From the NCBI GenBank assembly GCA_049599475.1, contig JBMYOQ010000035.1, positions 1 through 43,293 of the forward strand: a stretch of 43,293 nt of DNA, given 5' to 3'. This stretch comes from Opitutales bacterium (GTDB lineage: Bacteria > Verrucomicrobiota > Verrucomicrobiia > Opitutales > JABSRG01). The translations under genes and the position numbers were made by a program. Shown in pieces: positions 1 to 10,300 of this stretch. Position 1 is the stretch's first letter. Each line of letters starts with the position of its first letter. Below the pieces are notes generated by a model that was not told the DNA's origin, did not search any database, and saw only the letters and a program-made list of their open reading frames with translations.

Positions 1-29
1 CCGTAGACAAAACCATATAACCATAAAGC

Positions 30-368
30 TCAATAATTATTCGAACTGGTATAATCATCGGCACCGGCCCCAAAGGAGGATAAGCGCCTCTCGATCTGAT
101 CCGCGGCAGTCAGCATGAGAATTGGTAGATTACTGCTCGAAGAGCTCCGGATGCGCTGGCAGAGATCGATACCATCGATTCCAGGTACGTTAATATCCAA
201 TACAGCGGCACAAAAGCGCTCGGACAAAACCTTGTGTAAGGCTAAAGCCCCATTCGGAGCGTAATCTACCAGCCACCCTTTGATCTCCAGGAAATCGACT
301 ATGTTTGCGGCCAAATCACTGTCGTCTTCCATAAGGAGTACAGGTAAGGAGGCTGGTTGATTCGTCAT
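30..368 (-). pseudogene. Response regulator receiver domain (OmpR-like), apparently truncated at the 3' end
   Basis: Contains MEDD, the phospho-acceptor LDINVPGIDG, PILMLTA and GAGADDY. It then reads TSSNNY-stop in place of the conserved xxKPF, and there is no DNA-binding domain. Confidence 0.75.
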
Positions 369-386
369 AACTAAGATTATACTGTG

Positions 387-1064
387 CTAGAAGCGGAAAC
401 GTAGACCAGTCAGAAAACTCATACTATCGTAATCAGCGCTAATTGTTGACCCAGAGCCCGTCTCTGGATCCATTTCCACCGATCCCGCGATCTGGTAGCG
501 CGCCTCAACAAAGAGTGACCAACGCGTATCCCAATAGTACTCGACTCCGCCAAAGACTTGAGCAGTCGGCACCCAGGAATCACTAAACGACTGCTCTTCG
601 CCTGACACAGTGAAATCGACATCAACCTCCTGAAGGAAGCCAACGCCTGCACCCAAGTATGGCGTAAAGTCACCCCAAAGCGGTGCGCCCTCATCGTCTG
701 AGAAGGTATAGACAGCATTTAGCATAATGTTCGTCGATGCATAATCACTCTCGGTCACACCGCCGTAATTGCCGCCAGTCAAAGTTTCCGCGTCATTTGA
801 GCGATAGAAGAACTCCATCTCAACGGCCCAATTCGAGTCTATCGCGTATCCCAAACCTGCACCAAAAAGAGCGCCACTTGAGAATTCAGCATCCGTAACA
901 CTGCCATCATCAAAACTCGTATCAGATAAGGCCGAAAAGCCGCCAAAGGCTTCAACATAAAGTCGATCTGTCCAAGATTGAGCAGAGATAGAGTGCGATG
1001 ACCCGACGCATACAAGAGTCAGCATCAAGACGTTAAGTTTAATGAGAAAAAAAGACTGTTTCAT
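387..1064 (-). CDS. Outer-membrane beta-barrel protein (OmpA-TM/OmpW/opacity-like)
   Basis: Signal peptide, amphipathic strands (LYVEAFGG, GLGY, TPYLGAGVG, WSLFVEARY) and a C-terminal GLRFRF beta-signal. Confidence 0.9.
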   Translation of the reverse strand: MKQSFFLIKLNVLMLTLVCVGSSHSISAQSWTDRLYVEAFGGFSALSDTSFDDGSVTDAEFSSGALFGAGLGYAIDSNWAVEMEFFYRSNDAETLTGGNYGGVTESDYASTNIMLNAVYTFSDDEGAPLWGDFTPYLGAGVGFLQEVDVDFTVSGEEQSFSDSWVPTAQVFGGVEYYWDTRWSLFVEARYQIAGSVEMDPETGSGSTISADYDSMSFLTGLRFRF

Positions 1065-1101
1065 CAGATATATAGCTTAGAAATTAAATGTCAGCCGCGA
1101 C

Positions 1102-1138
1102 AATAGGCCCCTGAGGATCAGCCCTAGAGGGCACTATT
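1102..1138. terminator. Imperfect intergenic hairpin (terminator or mRNA-stabilising stem)
   Basis: AATAGGCCCCTGAGG...CCCTAGAGGGCACTATT between the fasciclin and OMP genes; no clear U-tract. Confidence 0.35.
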
Positions 1139-1158
1139 CACACGATCCAGATTCCGAA

Positions 1159-1662
1159 TCAATTGATGGCCACCTCGGGCAGAATGACTGCATCAATCAC
1201 GTGGATCACCCCGTTTGAGGCCATGATATCGGTCTGCACAACCTTGGCTTTATCAATAGTTACCTTGCCTCGTGAAACCTTGAGTTGAGCCTTCTGCCCA
1301 TTAACCGTTTTTACCGGCATCGTCTTTACAGCAGACGCCGGAACCTTTCCTGGCACAACGTGGTAAGTTAAGATCGAAACTAGGGCATCTTTGTTCTCTG
1401 GTTTAAGCAGCGATTCCAAAGTACCCTCAGGGAGCGCCGCAAACGCTTCGTCCGTCGGAGCAAAAACAGTGAACGCTCCCTCACCCGCGAGCGTCTCTAC
1501 CAAGCCCGCCGCTTTCACCGCAGCGACCAATGTGCTGAAATTATCGTTGGATGCGGCAATCTCTACAATGCTCTGATTAGCGGCATTGTCTTGTTTCTTA
1601 GCACCGTAGGAGATTGACAAAAAGCCTACAATACAGGACAGGAATAGTGGGATCATTTTCAT
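1159..1662 (-). CDS. Secreted fasciclin (FAS1) domain protein
   Basis: Signal peptide plus FAS1 motifs [31 protein letters not shown] and [15 protein letters not shown]. Confidence 0.97.
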   Translation of the reverse strand: MKMIPLFLSCIVGFLSISYGAKKQDNAANQSIVEIAASNDNFSTLVAAVKAAGLVETLAGEGAFTVFAPTDEAFAALPEGTLESLLKPENKDALVSILTYHVVPGKVPASAVKTMPVKTVNGQKAQLKVSRGKVTIDKAKVVQTDIMASNGVIHVIDAVILPEVAIN

Positions 1663-1762
1663 ATGCGTGTTGAAAAGCCTTCATTCCGGTCGAGACCCAA
1701 TCCACATGATCGGGTTATCACTCTCCGTATCTGAAGACATGATCCATCTTCTCAAATCCAAC

Positions 1763-1778
1763 GTGAAATAAGCGTGAA
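1763..1778 (-). promoter_or_regulatory. OmpR-family direct-repeat box TTCAC-N6-TTCAC
   Basis: CGTGAAAT occurs at 1762 and 1773 (11-bp period). The minus strand reads TTCACgcttatTTCAC, ~100 bp upstream of the fasciclin start. Confidence 0.65.
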
Positions 1779-1986
1779 ATGAACCGCAGTTCTCCGTGGA
1801 AAAAGCTAAAATCACGGATTTTCTGCCATTTCAGTCATGTTGTGAGCCTTCAACCCGAACCTACCTACGTAGAATACGGTATAGGTCCAACAAAAGCGAA
1901 CCATCGCGCAATGATAATCCGGCTATGACAAGGAAGCATCGGAGCACACACAGGAAGGCCGCAGTCAGTTAAACTCCTCATGATGA

Positions 1987-2012
1987 GGGGCCTGCGCGAA
2001 CCCAGCCCCTAC
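1987..2012 (-). repeat. GTAG-type REP-like palindrome
   Basis: Minus strand GTAGGGGCTGGGTTCGCGCAGGCCCC: a GTAG foot and a GGGGC/GCCCC stem. Confidence 0.4.
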
Positions 2013-2056
2013 AAGCCCTACTCAGAGCAATACGAAAATGTTAAGTCAATAGACTG

Positions 2057-4066
2057 CTAACGTGAAGAGAGCTGAAAATCACCTTCTCGTATCTCGATTA
2101 ATTGATTCAAGATCGACTCGATGAAAATAAGATTTTGATTACGCGTTAAGGTCATCTCGCCCATAACCGTTACTTTGCGAGTCTCAACATCTTCTTTCTC
2201 TTCATAGAGAGTATCGAGTGAAATCGATTTCTTATTCTTTCGAGAGTAGGATTTCGCAGTGTCGAAACCCAACGAATCTTCAGACAAAAAATAGCCGCGC
2301 GTAGGCACGTCCAGCTTTCTGATATTTCCCATCACTTTGATATCTGAGAATTTTGAGTTCCTATTATCCACATCTCCGATCCACTCTCCCTGTTGTCCAA
2401 AGGGAATTCCAAAATGACCAGCGTAAGGGGTCCTATGAACGCCAGCTTGTCGTGCATTGAAGAATGGAGAAACCGAGAAACAGAAATCAAATGTATCAGG
2501 ATTATCGATCAAATAATCTAATCCAGCGGGAAAGTAGAGGCCATTTAATATCAATACCTTTCTTCGATTTTTAAAGCGCGGATCATTTCTGAGGTAAGCT
2601 GCCAATTCGTAGAACATCTCTTCGTATGCTCCAAAAAAGCCCTTCTTTCCGAGCTCACGATAGTCGGCTCCGTATCCTTTAACTCCTGGGGGCAACACAG
2701 CTAAATAATCATAGCCTGCTAGCCTGAACATTGCGGCAGGGCCGATTTCACGGTTAGGTTTGCCCTCAGTCGATATGGTTCGATTTCCGCCGATATCGAT
2801 GACTAGCGGCTTGTCCTCCGGCGAAAGCGAAGATATTAAGGGTATTTCTACGTTGTACTTTCTCCACGGCAATAAATCCTCATTGAGTTCAATATCGATT
2901 AGTGCGAGCGACAGCTCCTCGAAGCCTTCAAGGATCTTCACAGTGCTTTGAGCGACGTCCATGAGTGCAAGCCCGACGCGTCCACTTTGAGACCTAATCT
3001 TGTAGAGCAACTTATTTTCGTCTTCTGAAAAGTCTACCAGCAATGCAGAGGTGGAAAATGTTTGTTTCTTAACAAACTCTGCGGTTTCACGATAGGCTTT
3101 GGACGCAACTATCAATTCCTTTGAATCACTCGTATTTACTCCGAAATGAATAATTTCATCATATTTTTCTGAATACAGTATTCTCATCGGGTTCGATAGA
3201 ATGTCGAAGGCCCAACTTCTCGGGCTTGTCGAATCATAGACAGGCTTATCATGCAGGACGGTGCCAATCTCGGATCCATCAGAGCTTAATTGAATAAAAT
3301 ACGCCTGAAATGCATCGAAATAATGGAGTGCATATATTTGCTGATTTTTGCCAATGAAAACGGGTTTAGTATCATTTGGAAGATCCATAATTTCTGCTCT
3401 ACCTTCACTTACAATGACCGCTCTAGAATCTGTCCGCTCGTTAGAAAAACCAATTGCCGATTTGCCGTCAAAACTAGGTATCCATTTATCCACCCAAGTG
3501 ACACGCTCATTGGTCAAGAATTCGAAATCTTCTTGCAATGGGTCAAAAAGGTAAGGCACCTGTACTGGCTTTTCAAAAACCTTTCCATCTTCCGAATTCA
3601 AAACTACGACACCAAATACGTTACCGTTAATCAAATACCACTGGTGATTTAGATTGGGATCCAATAAATAATCTTTACCGGGGATTATCATCTTTGGATC
3701 TCTGATATTGATTACGTAATTGTTTTTCTCATAAGTCTGGCGACGAAATCTGTAAGGGTTTAGTTTTACGTGAGTCGTCGAGTACTCAAACGACATCACC
3801 CCCTTGCGAAACAATTTAAGGTTTCTGAAATCGCTGTTAGACTTCTGCGGGATAACTCGTTTTTCGAATTCAGCATCATAAGTAACCAGCCGCTTATCCC
3901 CGTCCTTTATCTCAAAAAATGCTACCATATCCCCTTCGGGACTAATGGATGCGAACTGCAACGTCTTTTTTGGCGGAAATAGTCGATCGATTTGATCATA
4001 AAGAGAGGTGTCTGCCCTAGCTAGAAGGCAGGAAATCAAACCGATTACAAATAAAGCAGCTTTCAT
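2057..4066 (-). CDS. Secreted S9 (prolyl oligopeptidase)-like protein with degenerate catalytic motifs
   Basis: Signal peptide and a propeller start ISPEGDMVAF. The C-terminal PLVIDIGG and AGYDYLAVLPPGVKGYG segments align with S9 motifs, but there is no GxSxG. Confidence 0.7.
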   Translation of the reverse strand: MKAALFVIGLISCLLARADTSLYDQIDRLFPPKKTLQFASISPEGDMVAFFEIKDGDKRLVTYDAEFEKRVIPQKSNSDFRNLKLFRKGVMSFEYSTTHVKLNPYRFRRQTYEKNNYVINIRDPKMIIPGKDYLLDPNLNHQWYLINGNVFGVVVLNSEDGKVFEKPVQVPYLFDPLQEDFEFLTNERVTWVDKWIPSFDGKSAIGFSNERTDSRAVIVSEGRAEIMDLPNDTKPVFIGKNQQIYALHYFDAFQAYFIQLSSDGSEIGTVLHDKPVYDSTSPRSWAFDILSNPMRILYSEKYDEIIHFGVNTSDSKELIVASKAYRETAEFVKKQTFSTSALLVDFSEDENKLLYKIRSQSGRVGLALMDVAQSTVKILEGFEELSLALIDIELNEDLLPWRKYNVEIPLISSLSPEDKPLVIDIGGNRTISTEGKPNREIGPAAMFRLAGYDYLAVLPPGVKGYGADYRELGKKGFFGAYEEMFYELAAYLRNDPRFKNRRKVLILNGLYFPAGLDYLIDNPDTFDFCFSVSPFFNARQAGVHRTPYAGHFGIPFGQQGEWIGDVDNRNSKFSDIKVMGNIRKLDVPTRGYFLSEDSLGFDTAKSYSRKNKKSISLDTLYEEKEDVETRKVTVMGEMTLTRNQNLIFIESILNQLIEIREGDFQLSSR

Positions 4067-4201
4067 AAGAATAATTTACTCTAAACGTCGTTATCTAAAA
4101 ACCAGAATAAGCAAACAGACGAGGGTGGCACTTAGCAACCAACGTTCCAATGAATAGCTTTAAATGCATAGCCTCCATAGTTGAGGCCATGATCCACAAA
4201 G

Positions 4202-4624
4202 CTACACCAAGCGCGCTTCCAAGGCGTCTCGAAACGCCTCGGTCCAGGTCGTTGGCTGATGCGTTTTTCCGGACAATTTGCAGACTGTCCGGGTCCCGGA
4301 GCAATATACGGTTTCCTTGGCTTCATCCAAGATCTCAAACGCCATCGTGACACCTCCGGCGCGCACGCGGGTAACATCGTATTTCACCCAGATCTTCCCC
4401 GGATTGCGCACCGGCTGCCGGAAGCGAGCCTCAAGCCCGTGAACCACTACGTAGATATCTTCATCGCGCTCCGCGTTGAAATCCGGGACACCGAGAAGCT
4501 CCTGAAAGAAGGCCTGCTGGGCACGCTCCAGATGAATGAGGTAGCGCGTATGATGCAGGACGCCCAGCGCATCCAGTTCGTCGAAGAAAATATTAGATGG
4601 GTGATAGAATGAATTTCCAGCCAT
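4202..4624 (-). CDS. Acyl-CoA thioesterase (4HBT/YbgC hot-dog family)
   Basis: FDELDALGVLHHTRYLIHLERA matches the D..GvV.h..Yl...E.aR motif; 140 aa. Confidence 0.9.
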   Translation of the reverse strand: MAGNSFYHPSNIFFDELDALGVLHHTRYLIHLERAQQAFFQELLGVPDFNAERDEDIYVVVHGLEARFRQPVRNPGKIWVKYDVTRVRAGGVTMAFEILDEAKETVYCSGTRTVCKLSGKTHQPTTWTEAFRDALEARLV

Positions 4625-4692
4625 CTTGCGACAGTCTCCATGGCTGCCTAATTGTCAAAATCGCGAGCCAAAGAAGGCTTAGTTAGCCACCG

Positions 4693-5208
4693 TTAATTGA
4701 TCGCTCGATTCCAGCGCAACATCGAAGTCTGCGCCTCAGCGACCGCTGCCATTTCTTCGGAAAACCGATCTGAAACCTCGGAGATCCGGTAGCCCACATT
4801 GCGGTCTTTTCCGATTCCTCCCTCCTCCTCGAACAAACGTCCGTATAAGCGCACCAACTCGGCCTCTTCAATCATCATCGCTCGAACAGATTCCTCATAC
4901 TCACTCGCGCCGTTGCGCTTTGGATACTCGATTCCTGCAAGTGCGAGAGAGGCCGCATCATGCCCGTCTCTCAAGGTTTCAAAGAGCCGCTCTGCACGGA
5001 TATATGGAATTTCCCGGCCCTGATTGTATTCAGAAATATAGTTGGCCATTTGAATATGGTCATCCACTCGCGAAAAACAGAGACTTTCGACATTTTCAGT
5101 AAACTCGATCAAGGTATTACGGTCATAGTGTCGATACCCCACAATGTAGCCGATCACACCGGCAATCACTAAGAGAAACAATAAAGCTGCGCGCATTAAG
5201 ACAGTCAT
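4693..5208 (-). CDS. Hypothetical membrane-anchored helical protein
   Basis: N-terminal hydrophobic segment AALLFLLVIAGVIGYIVGY. The start is probably ATG 5208 or 5196 rather than the TTG at 5298. Confidence 0.7.
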   Translation of the reverse strand: MTVLMRAALLFLLVIAGVIGYIVGYRHYDRNTLIEFTENVESLCFSRVDDHIQMANYISEYNQGREIPYIRAERLFETLRDGHDAASLALAGIEYPKRNGASEYEESVRAMMIEEAELVRLYGRLFEEEGGIGKDRNVGYRISEVSDRFSEEMAAVAEAQTSMLRWNRAIN

Positions 5209-5297
5209 TGAGATAAAAGAAGACTCGCCAAGGAAAAAAGTGTGATTTAGTCGGGTAGAAAATCTGCTCTCGGGTGAATCAATAGGTTTTTCTCTCA

Positions 5298-7316
5298 ATG
5301 CTCTCTCTTCGCACAGGTTTATTACTTTGCTCTATCCTGCTGTCGTTTATCTGCTCAACGCTGAACGCTCAGAGCGGTGCAAACGTCCAGTACTACCCGG
5401 AGGACTTCACCCGCAGGCTGGGGTACGTTTCCGCTACACTCGGGTTCGACGGCAAGTATATCCACGGAATCGAGCGTTACAATGACAGCACGTACATCGT
5501 GAACCTACGCCTCGAAGACGGCCATTTTGCTAGGACCGACATTCGTGGCCTGAACACCGGCGATGAGATTATTCGCATCAACATGGCCTCGGAGACTCAA
5601 CTCCTGCTCCAGTCTCAGCAGGGCTATCTTTACTCGTTCGATCTCGATGACCGCCAAGCCACCCTCATCTTCGACCCCAAAATCACATTGCCTCTCCACA
5701 TGGGCTTTAGAACCGGCCCGTTCGCCGCTCCACGGATCAAACATGGCTTACCCGACCAGCCAGACCAAATCCTCATCAGCCACCAGAATAGCGATTTCAA
5801 TCGAGTAATCAGCTACCTTAACATACGCACAGGCGCCTTGGTCCCCGCCGCAAGCTCCGAAGAAGATGTGCATGAATGGTTTGTCGACGGGCAAGGCAAG
5901 ATCCGTGGAAAGAGCATCCGCAAACGCACACGCTTCGAATATTTATACCGCCTTAGTGAAAATGAGGATTGGGAAGAAATGGATGAAAACCTTCCACATG
6001 ATGCGGAAAAGCGCCTCCAGTTTAGTCTCTTCAAAGAAACACTCGCCGGCGTCGGGCAAGTATTCATGGGCTTTGGAGAACAAGAAAACGAAGTATATTT
6101 CGCCTCCAACCATAAGACCGACACGATGGCATTGTATCGAGCCTTCTTAGGCTCCTCAAAGCCACCAGAACTTGTCTACCACGACCCCAAATTCGACGTA
6201 GCGGAGAATCCAGGCACCATGCGAATGTCAGGCCTATATCCCAGCCCCTTCTCAACAGGCAGTGCTGCGCTTATCTACGAAGCCGACCGCTCTAAATTCA
6301 TTCCCTTGGAGTCCGAGTTTGGAACTCTCTTAGAGGAGCTATCCACCTTAGTCCTTCCCGAAGAAACGTGCATTCCCATTAGCTATGACCGCGATCGAAG
6401 GCACTGGCTTCTGATGGCCTACGCACCCCACAATCCCGGACGTTTCATCCTCTTCGATCGCGAAACACAGGAATCAAAACTGATTTTCGAAATTAACGAA
6501 TACCTCGATCCAGACTATCTCGCCCAAGCCAAACCTTTCGAGCTCACAGGAAGCGAAGGGCAACGCCTACACGGCTATTATTACGCTCCCAACAAACCGC
6601 AACCCAGCAGCGGCTACCCGTGTGTGGTGCTCCTTCACGGAGGTCCATGGTTTCGCGATACTTATTCCTACAACCCGCAGGTCCAAGTATTGACCTCAGC
6701 TGGATTTGCCGTGCTTCAAGTGAATTTTCGGGGATCCAGCGGCCTCGGTTTCAGACACCTGAGTGCGAGCGCGAAAAACTATGGAGCGGCCGCAGTTGTA
6801 GATATCGCAGAATCCACTCAACATTTCATTAGCGAAGGAAAAATAGACCCCGAACGCTGCGCCGTAATGGGATTTTCTTACGGCGCTTACGCAAGTATGT
6901 ATTCACTTGCTGAATACCCGGAACTTTTCTGCGCAGGAGTCGCGGGCGCAGGCCCTTATGATCTCGTGAGCATGACTCAAAGCGTGGCAGCCAAAAAGAA
7001 GGTAAGACGCATCGCCTTTGAACACTGGCAGCAGATGGTGGGCACCAACAGCCGAAGGGACCGCCCCGTCCTCGAAGCACAGTCCCCGACCCACATGATC
7101 GACAAGATTCAAGCACCCATTTTCCTTTACCATGGGCTCCTCGACCAGGTTGTTGCACCGACTCAATCAGAGCATTTCGCCAGACTCCTACGAGCTAAGA
7201 ATAAAGACTTCAGCTACTACCCGCTCCAAGGCGTGCCTCATTCTTTCGGTGACGCCCCGACGATGAATGCCCTGCACCACCACATCATCAAATTTCTCAA
7301 GAGGCAGTTTAAATAA
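5298..7316 (+). CDS. Secreted S9 family serine peptidase (dipeptidyl/acylaminoacyl peptidase-like)
   Basis: Signal peptide; PCVVLLHGGP, FAVLQVNFRGSSGLG, nucleophile GFSYG, HGLLDQVV (Asp) and GVPHSF (His). Confidence 0.95.
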   Translation: MLSLRTGLLLCSILLSFICSTLNAQSGANVQYYPEDFTRRLGYVSATLGFDGKYIHGIERYNDSTYIVNLRLEDGHFARTDIRGLNTGDEIIRINMASETQLLLQSQQGYLYSFDLDDRQATLIFDPKITLPLHMGFRTGPFAAPRIKHGLPDQPDQILISHQNSDFNRVISYLNIRTGALVPAASSEEDVHEWFVDGQGKIRGKSIRKRTRFEYLYRLSENEDWEEMDENLPHDAEKRLQFSLFKETLAGVGQVFMGFGEQENEVYFASNHKTDTMALYRAFLGSSKPPELVYHDPKFDVAENPGTMRMSGLYPSPFSTGSAALIYEADRSKFIPLESEFGTLLEELSTLVLPEETCIPISYDRDRRHWLLMAYAPHNPGRFILFDRETQESKLIFEINEYLDPDYLAQAKPFELTGSEGQRLHGYYYAPNKPQPSSGYPCVVLLHGGPWFRDTYSYNPQVQVLTSAGFAVLQVNFRGSSGLGFRHLSASAKNYGAAAVVDIAESTQHFISEGKIDPERCAVMGFSYGAYASMYSLAEYPELFCAGVAGAGPYDLVSMTQSVAAKKKVRRIAFEHWQQMVGTNSRRDRPVLEAQSPTHMIDKIQAPIFLYHGLLDQVVAPTQSEHFARLLRAKNKDFSYYPLQGVPHSFGDAPTMNALHHHIIKFLKRQFK

Positions 7317-10300
7317 TGAAACCCGCTATACGTGCATCTGCGATTCTTCTGGCAGTCCTCTCGATTGTCGCTGGGGCATATTGGGCATTCCAACACGGCC
7401 CCCTTGCCTCAGAACGCACCCTATTAAAGAACGCGGCAAAATCAGGCAGCCCTTCCGACAAAAGGGCATTTGCCCTCTATCTAGCGAACCCAGAGTATCA
7501 GGAATCTCCCGACGACCTGAATCTGGCCCACACACTACTCAAAGAACTGGCGGACGCGGGTGACAATACTTCCATAGAAATTCTCGCTCTTGCCTACCTC
7601 ACCGGAGACCCCTTTCCTGAAGATCAGGCACTTGGGTGGGAATTGGCTCAGTCTGCTAAAATGGAAAATCCAGAACTCGCAGAGCGTGTCGCCCTAGACG
7701 ACGCGAGCCCTCTCCCAGAAGCAACACGTATTCTAGCACTTGAAAAGGCCGCAGACTCCGGGAATGGTGAAGCTCAATATATGTATGCCCGGCACCTTAA
7801 GGAAACCCTGGGCGTAGAGAGCAAGAAATACCTCGCATGGCTACAGGAGGCAGCCTTCAGCGAAATCCCACAAGCGATGGTAGACTACGCCTTTCACGGA
7901 CTCCCTGAAGAGCAATCAATCACATCTGACATTGGCCGATTCAACTGGCTCATGCGCGCCGCGGAAAAAGGTTATCTCGAGGCAGAACAGAAGATTGTAG
8001 GCCTATACCTGGAAGACGACATTCTAACTTCGCGCGAACGTGGTATCGAAAAACTCAATGCACAAGGCCTTGAGCTTGGGCTCGCACAAGCCAAACTGCA
8101 TCAGGGTAAAATACTTCTGATAAAGGGGCAAGTTAAGGAAGCCGCCGAAATGCTAGAACAAGGCATTACCCGCCCAGACCACGGAGACTACCTCAAACTC
8201 CTGATAACCGTTTATCTCGACAAGGAAAACGGTGACTGGTCACCGATAAAGGCTCAGATCTGGACTCACGTAGCCGAACGCATGCTGGGCGCTCCCGTAA
8301 TGGACATTTCAAACTATGTTGCACTCGACGTTATCGACGCCTTTGAAGCCCGTTGGAAAAGTCTTCAGATCCTCAACCGTATCGGTCAACCCGTGACAAA
8401 TGGCCTAAGCCCAGATCTCCTTAAAACAGACTTCGCAGACCTTTCGCCCTACTTCGAAGAGCGAAGCGGCACAACATCGCCCTCACAAGACGCGATTTTC
8501 CAAGCGGCTATTGACTTAAATATATCAGGAATTCCCCACGCGCTTTCCTACCCTCTTTTTCAATATGCTGCGCATTCCGACAACTTAAATTACGCAATTC
8601 ACTACGCAAAGGTTCTTTATGAAATGGGTGATCACCGAAGCGCCCTAGTCTATTTGAAACCCGCCTCAAATCCAACTCTCGAGACTCTCAAGTATCAACT
8701 TTCGGTCGCTCATAATTATGCCATTAATCAGGAAGAATCCCAAGGGCCCAAGCAAGCCAAGGCGTGGTGGGAGCTCGTCGCAGACCTTGCAGTGCTCGGG
8801 CGTGAAAGACATCCTGCTGAATTTGTTTTTGAAAAGACGATACAAATCCTGATCGACGAGAGCAAAGTTACCCATACCGAAAAACTCGATGCTTTCGAAG
8901 CTTCCTATTTAGAACATCATACAGACCCACCTGCAGAGCTTCTATTTCGAGTTGCCGAGCGTAAATATTCCGACGCACTCCTACGCGGGACATCCCAAAA
9001 AAGAGCATCCGGAGCAGTGCTACCGCTATACCAGCAGGCAGTCGATAAAGGGCACGCGTCTGCACTCGCTCGGCTCATTGAGTGTTACCACCACCAAGGA
9101 GAACACAATTCTGGCCATCTAAGAGCGCGCGAACTCACCGCAACCGCCCTCGAAGCAGACCAACCTGTCGGCCTTTTCTTCTCGGGATACTTAGACTTAT
9201 TCGGCTATGACCGGATTGGGAACCCTCGAGATCTCGCCTTCGCCGTCGAGCGTATGAGAGAAGCGGCAGAGGCCGGACTCGATTTGGCCAAGGCGTATTT
9301 TATCGACCTTAGCCCGAGCTTCGATGTCACCCGCGGGTCCGAACGGTATTCTGTGAATAAGATATACCAAAGCATTGCGGAGCGCGACGCTGACCAGCTC
9401 GCCGAAGCCCTCAGGGCTAGAATATCCCATGCGGGACTCAATCCTCCAGGGCGTTTGGTAGATTGGATAAACCTGATAAAGGACATAGACGAAGCTACCG
9501 GCTGGCGAGAGGCTATCAGCCTTTACTCCAACTCCGATTTCCCTCTTTCCGATCCTCTGATGATCATTCGTGCAAATGAAGCGCTCGCTGATCTAGGTGA
9601 CGCGGAAGCGCAGTATGAACTCGGACTTGCCTACTATGAAGGCATCAACGTCCTGCAGGATAAAGACCTAGCGCTTAATTACCTCCAACTAGCGGCCCGG
9701 CAGGACCACCCCGAAGCCGTACGAGCGTTGAAGAGTTACGGGACGGTGCAGACAGCTCAAAGTTTCGATCAAAGCCAAAACACGGTCACCCTTCTGCGGA
9801 CCACTCAAGATCTTACCAGCGCGGTATTTCCAGTAATGCCCTACACAATTGACGAACAAGTGATCGTGCCGGTTTTTGAATCTGAGGGCAAAGCACGCAA
9901 GTTTTCAAATAAACGCCGACGCTTAGACAAATTCGAACCCAACATCGCGTTCCTAGCGGATAAACGAGGTCAATTCGCCGAAGGAATGATCAAAATCCAA
10001 GATTTCCGACACCTCACCCCCTTCATGTATGGGCAGGGCTACGGATACTTCACGGGCGTATCACCACGCTATGTCCTTGAGTTTTCTCCAGACCGGGACC
10101 ACCGGGACCTGTGGCTCTGTGTAGTGAATCGCTCCAGCAATAATCAGGAGCAGAAAACTCTATGGAAGCGCGTTGGGCGCACGAGAGCCGGAAAAAGCGA
10201 AAGCGTCGTTCTGCGCGATCCCCTGTTTCAAAGCAAAGTCTACGCAGCAGATGTCCACTTTTTCGACTCAGGCAAAGAGGTGCGCTCCACCCACCGCAGT

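Noticed and set aside
1681..1740. 19-codon minus-strand uORF (MSSDTESDNPIMWIGSRPE) before the fasciclin gene
   Set aside because: No convincing RBS or attenuator features; could arise by chance.
5209..5298. Divergent ORFs sharing base 5298
   Set aside because: Artefact of a TTG start; the minus-strand gene more plausibly starts at 5208 or 5196.
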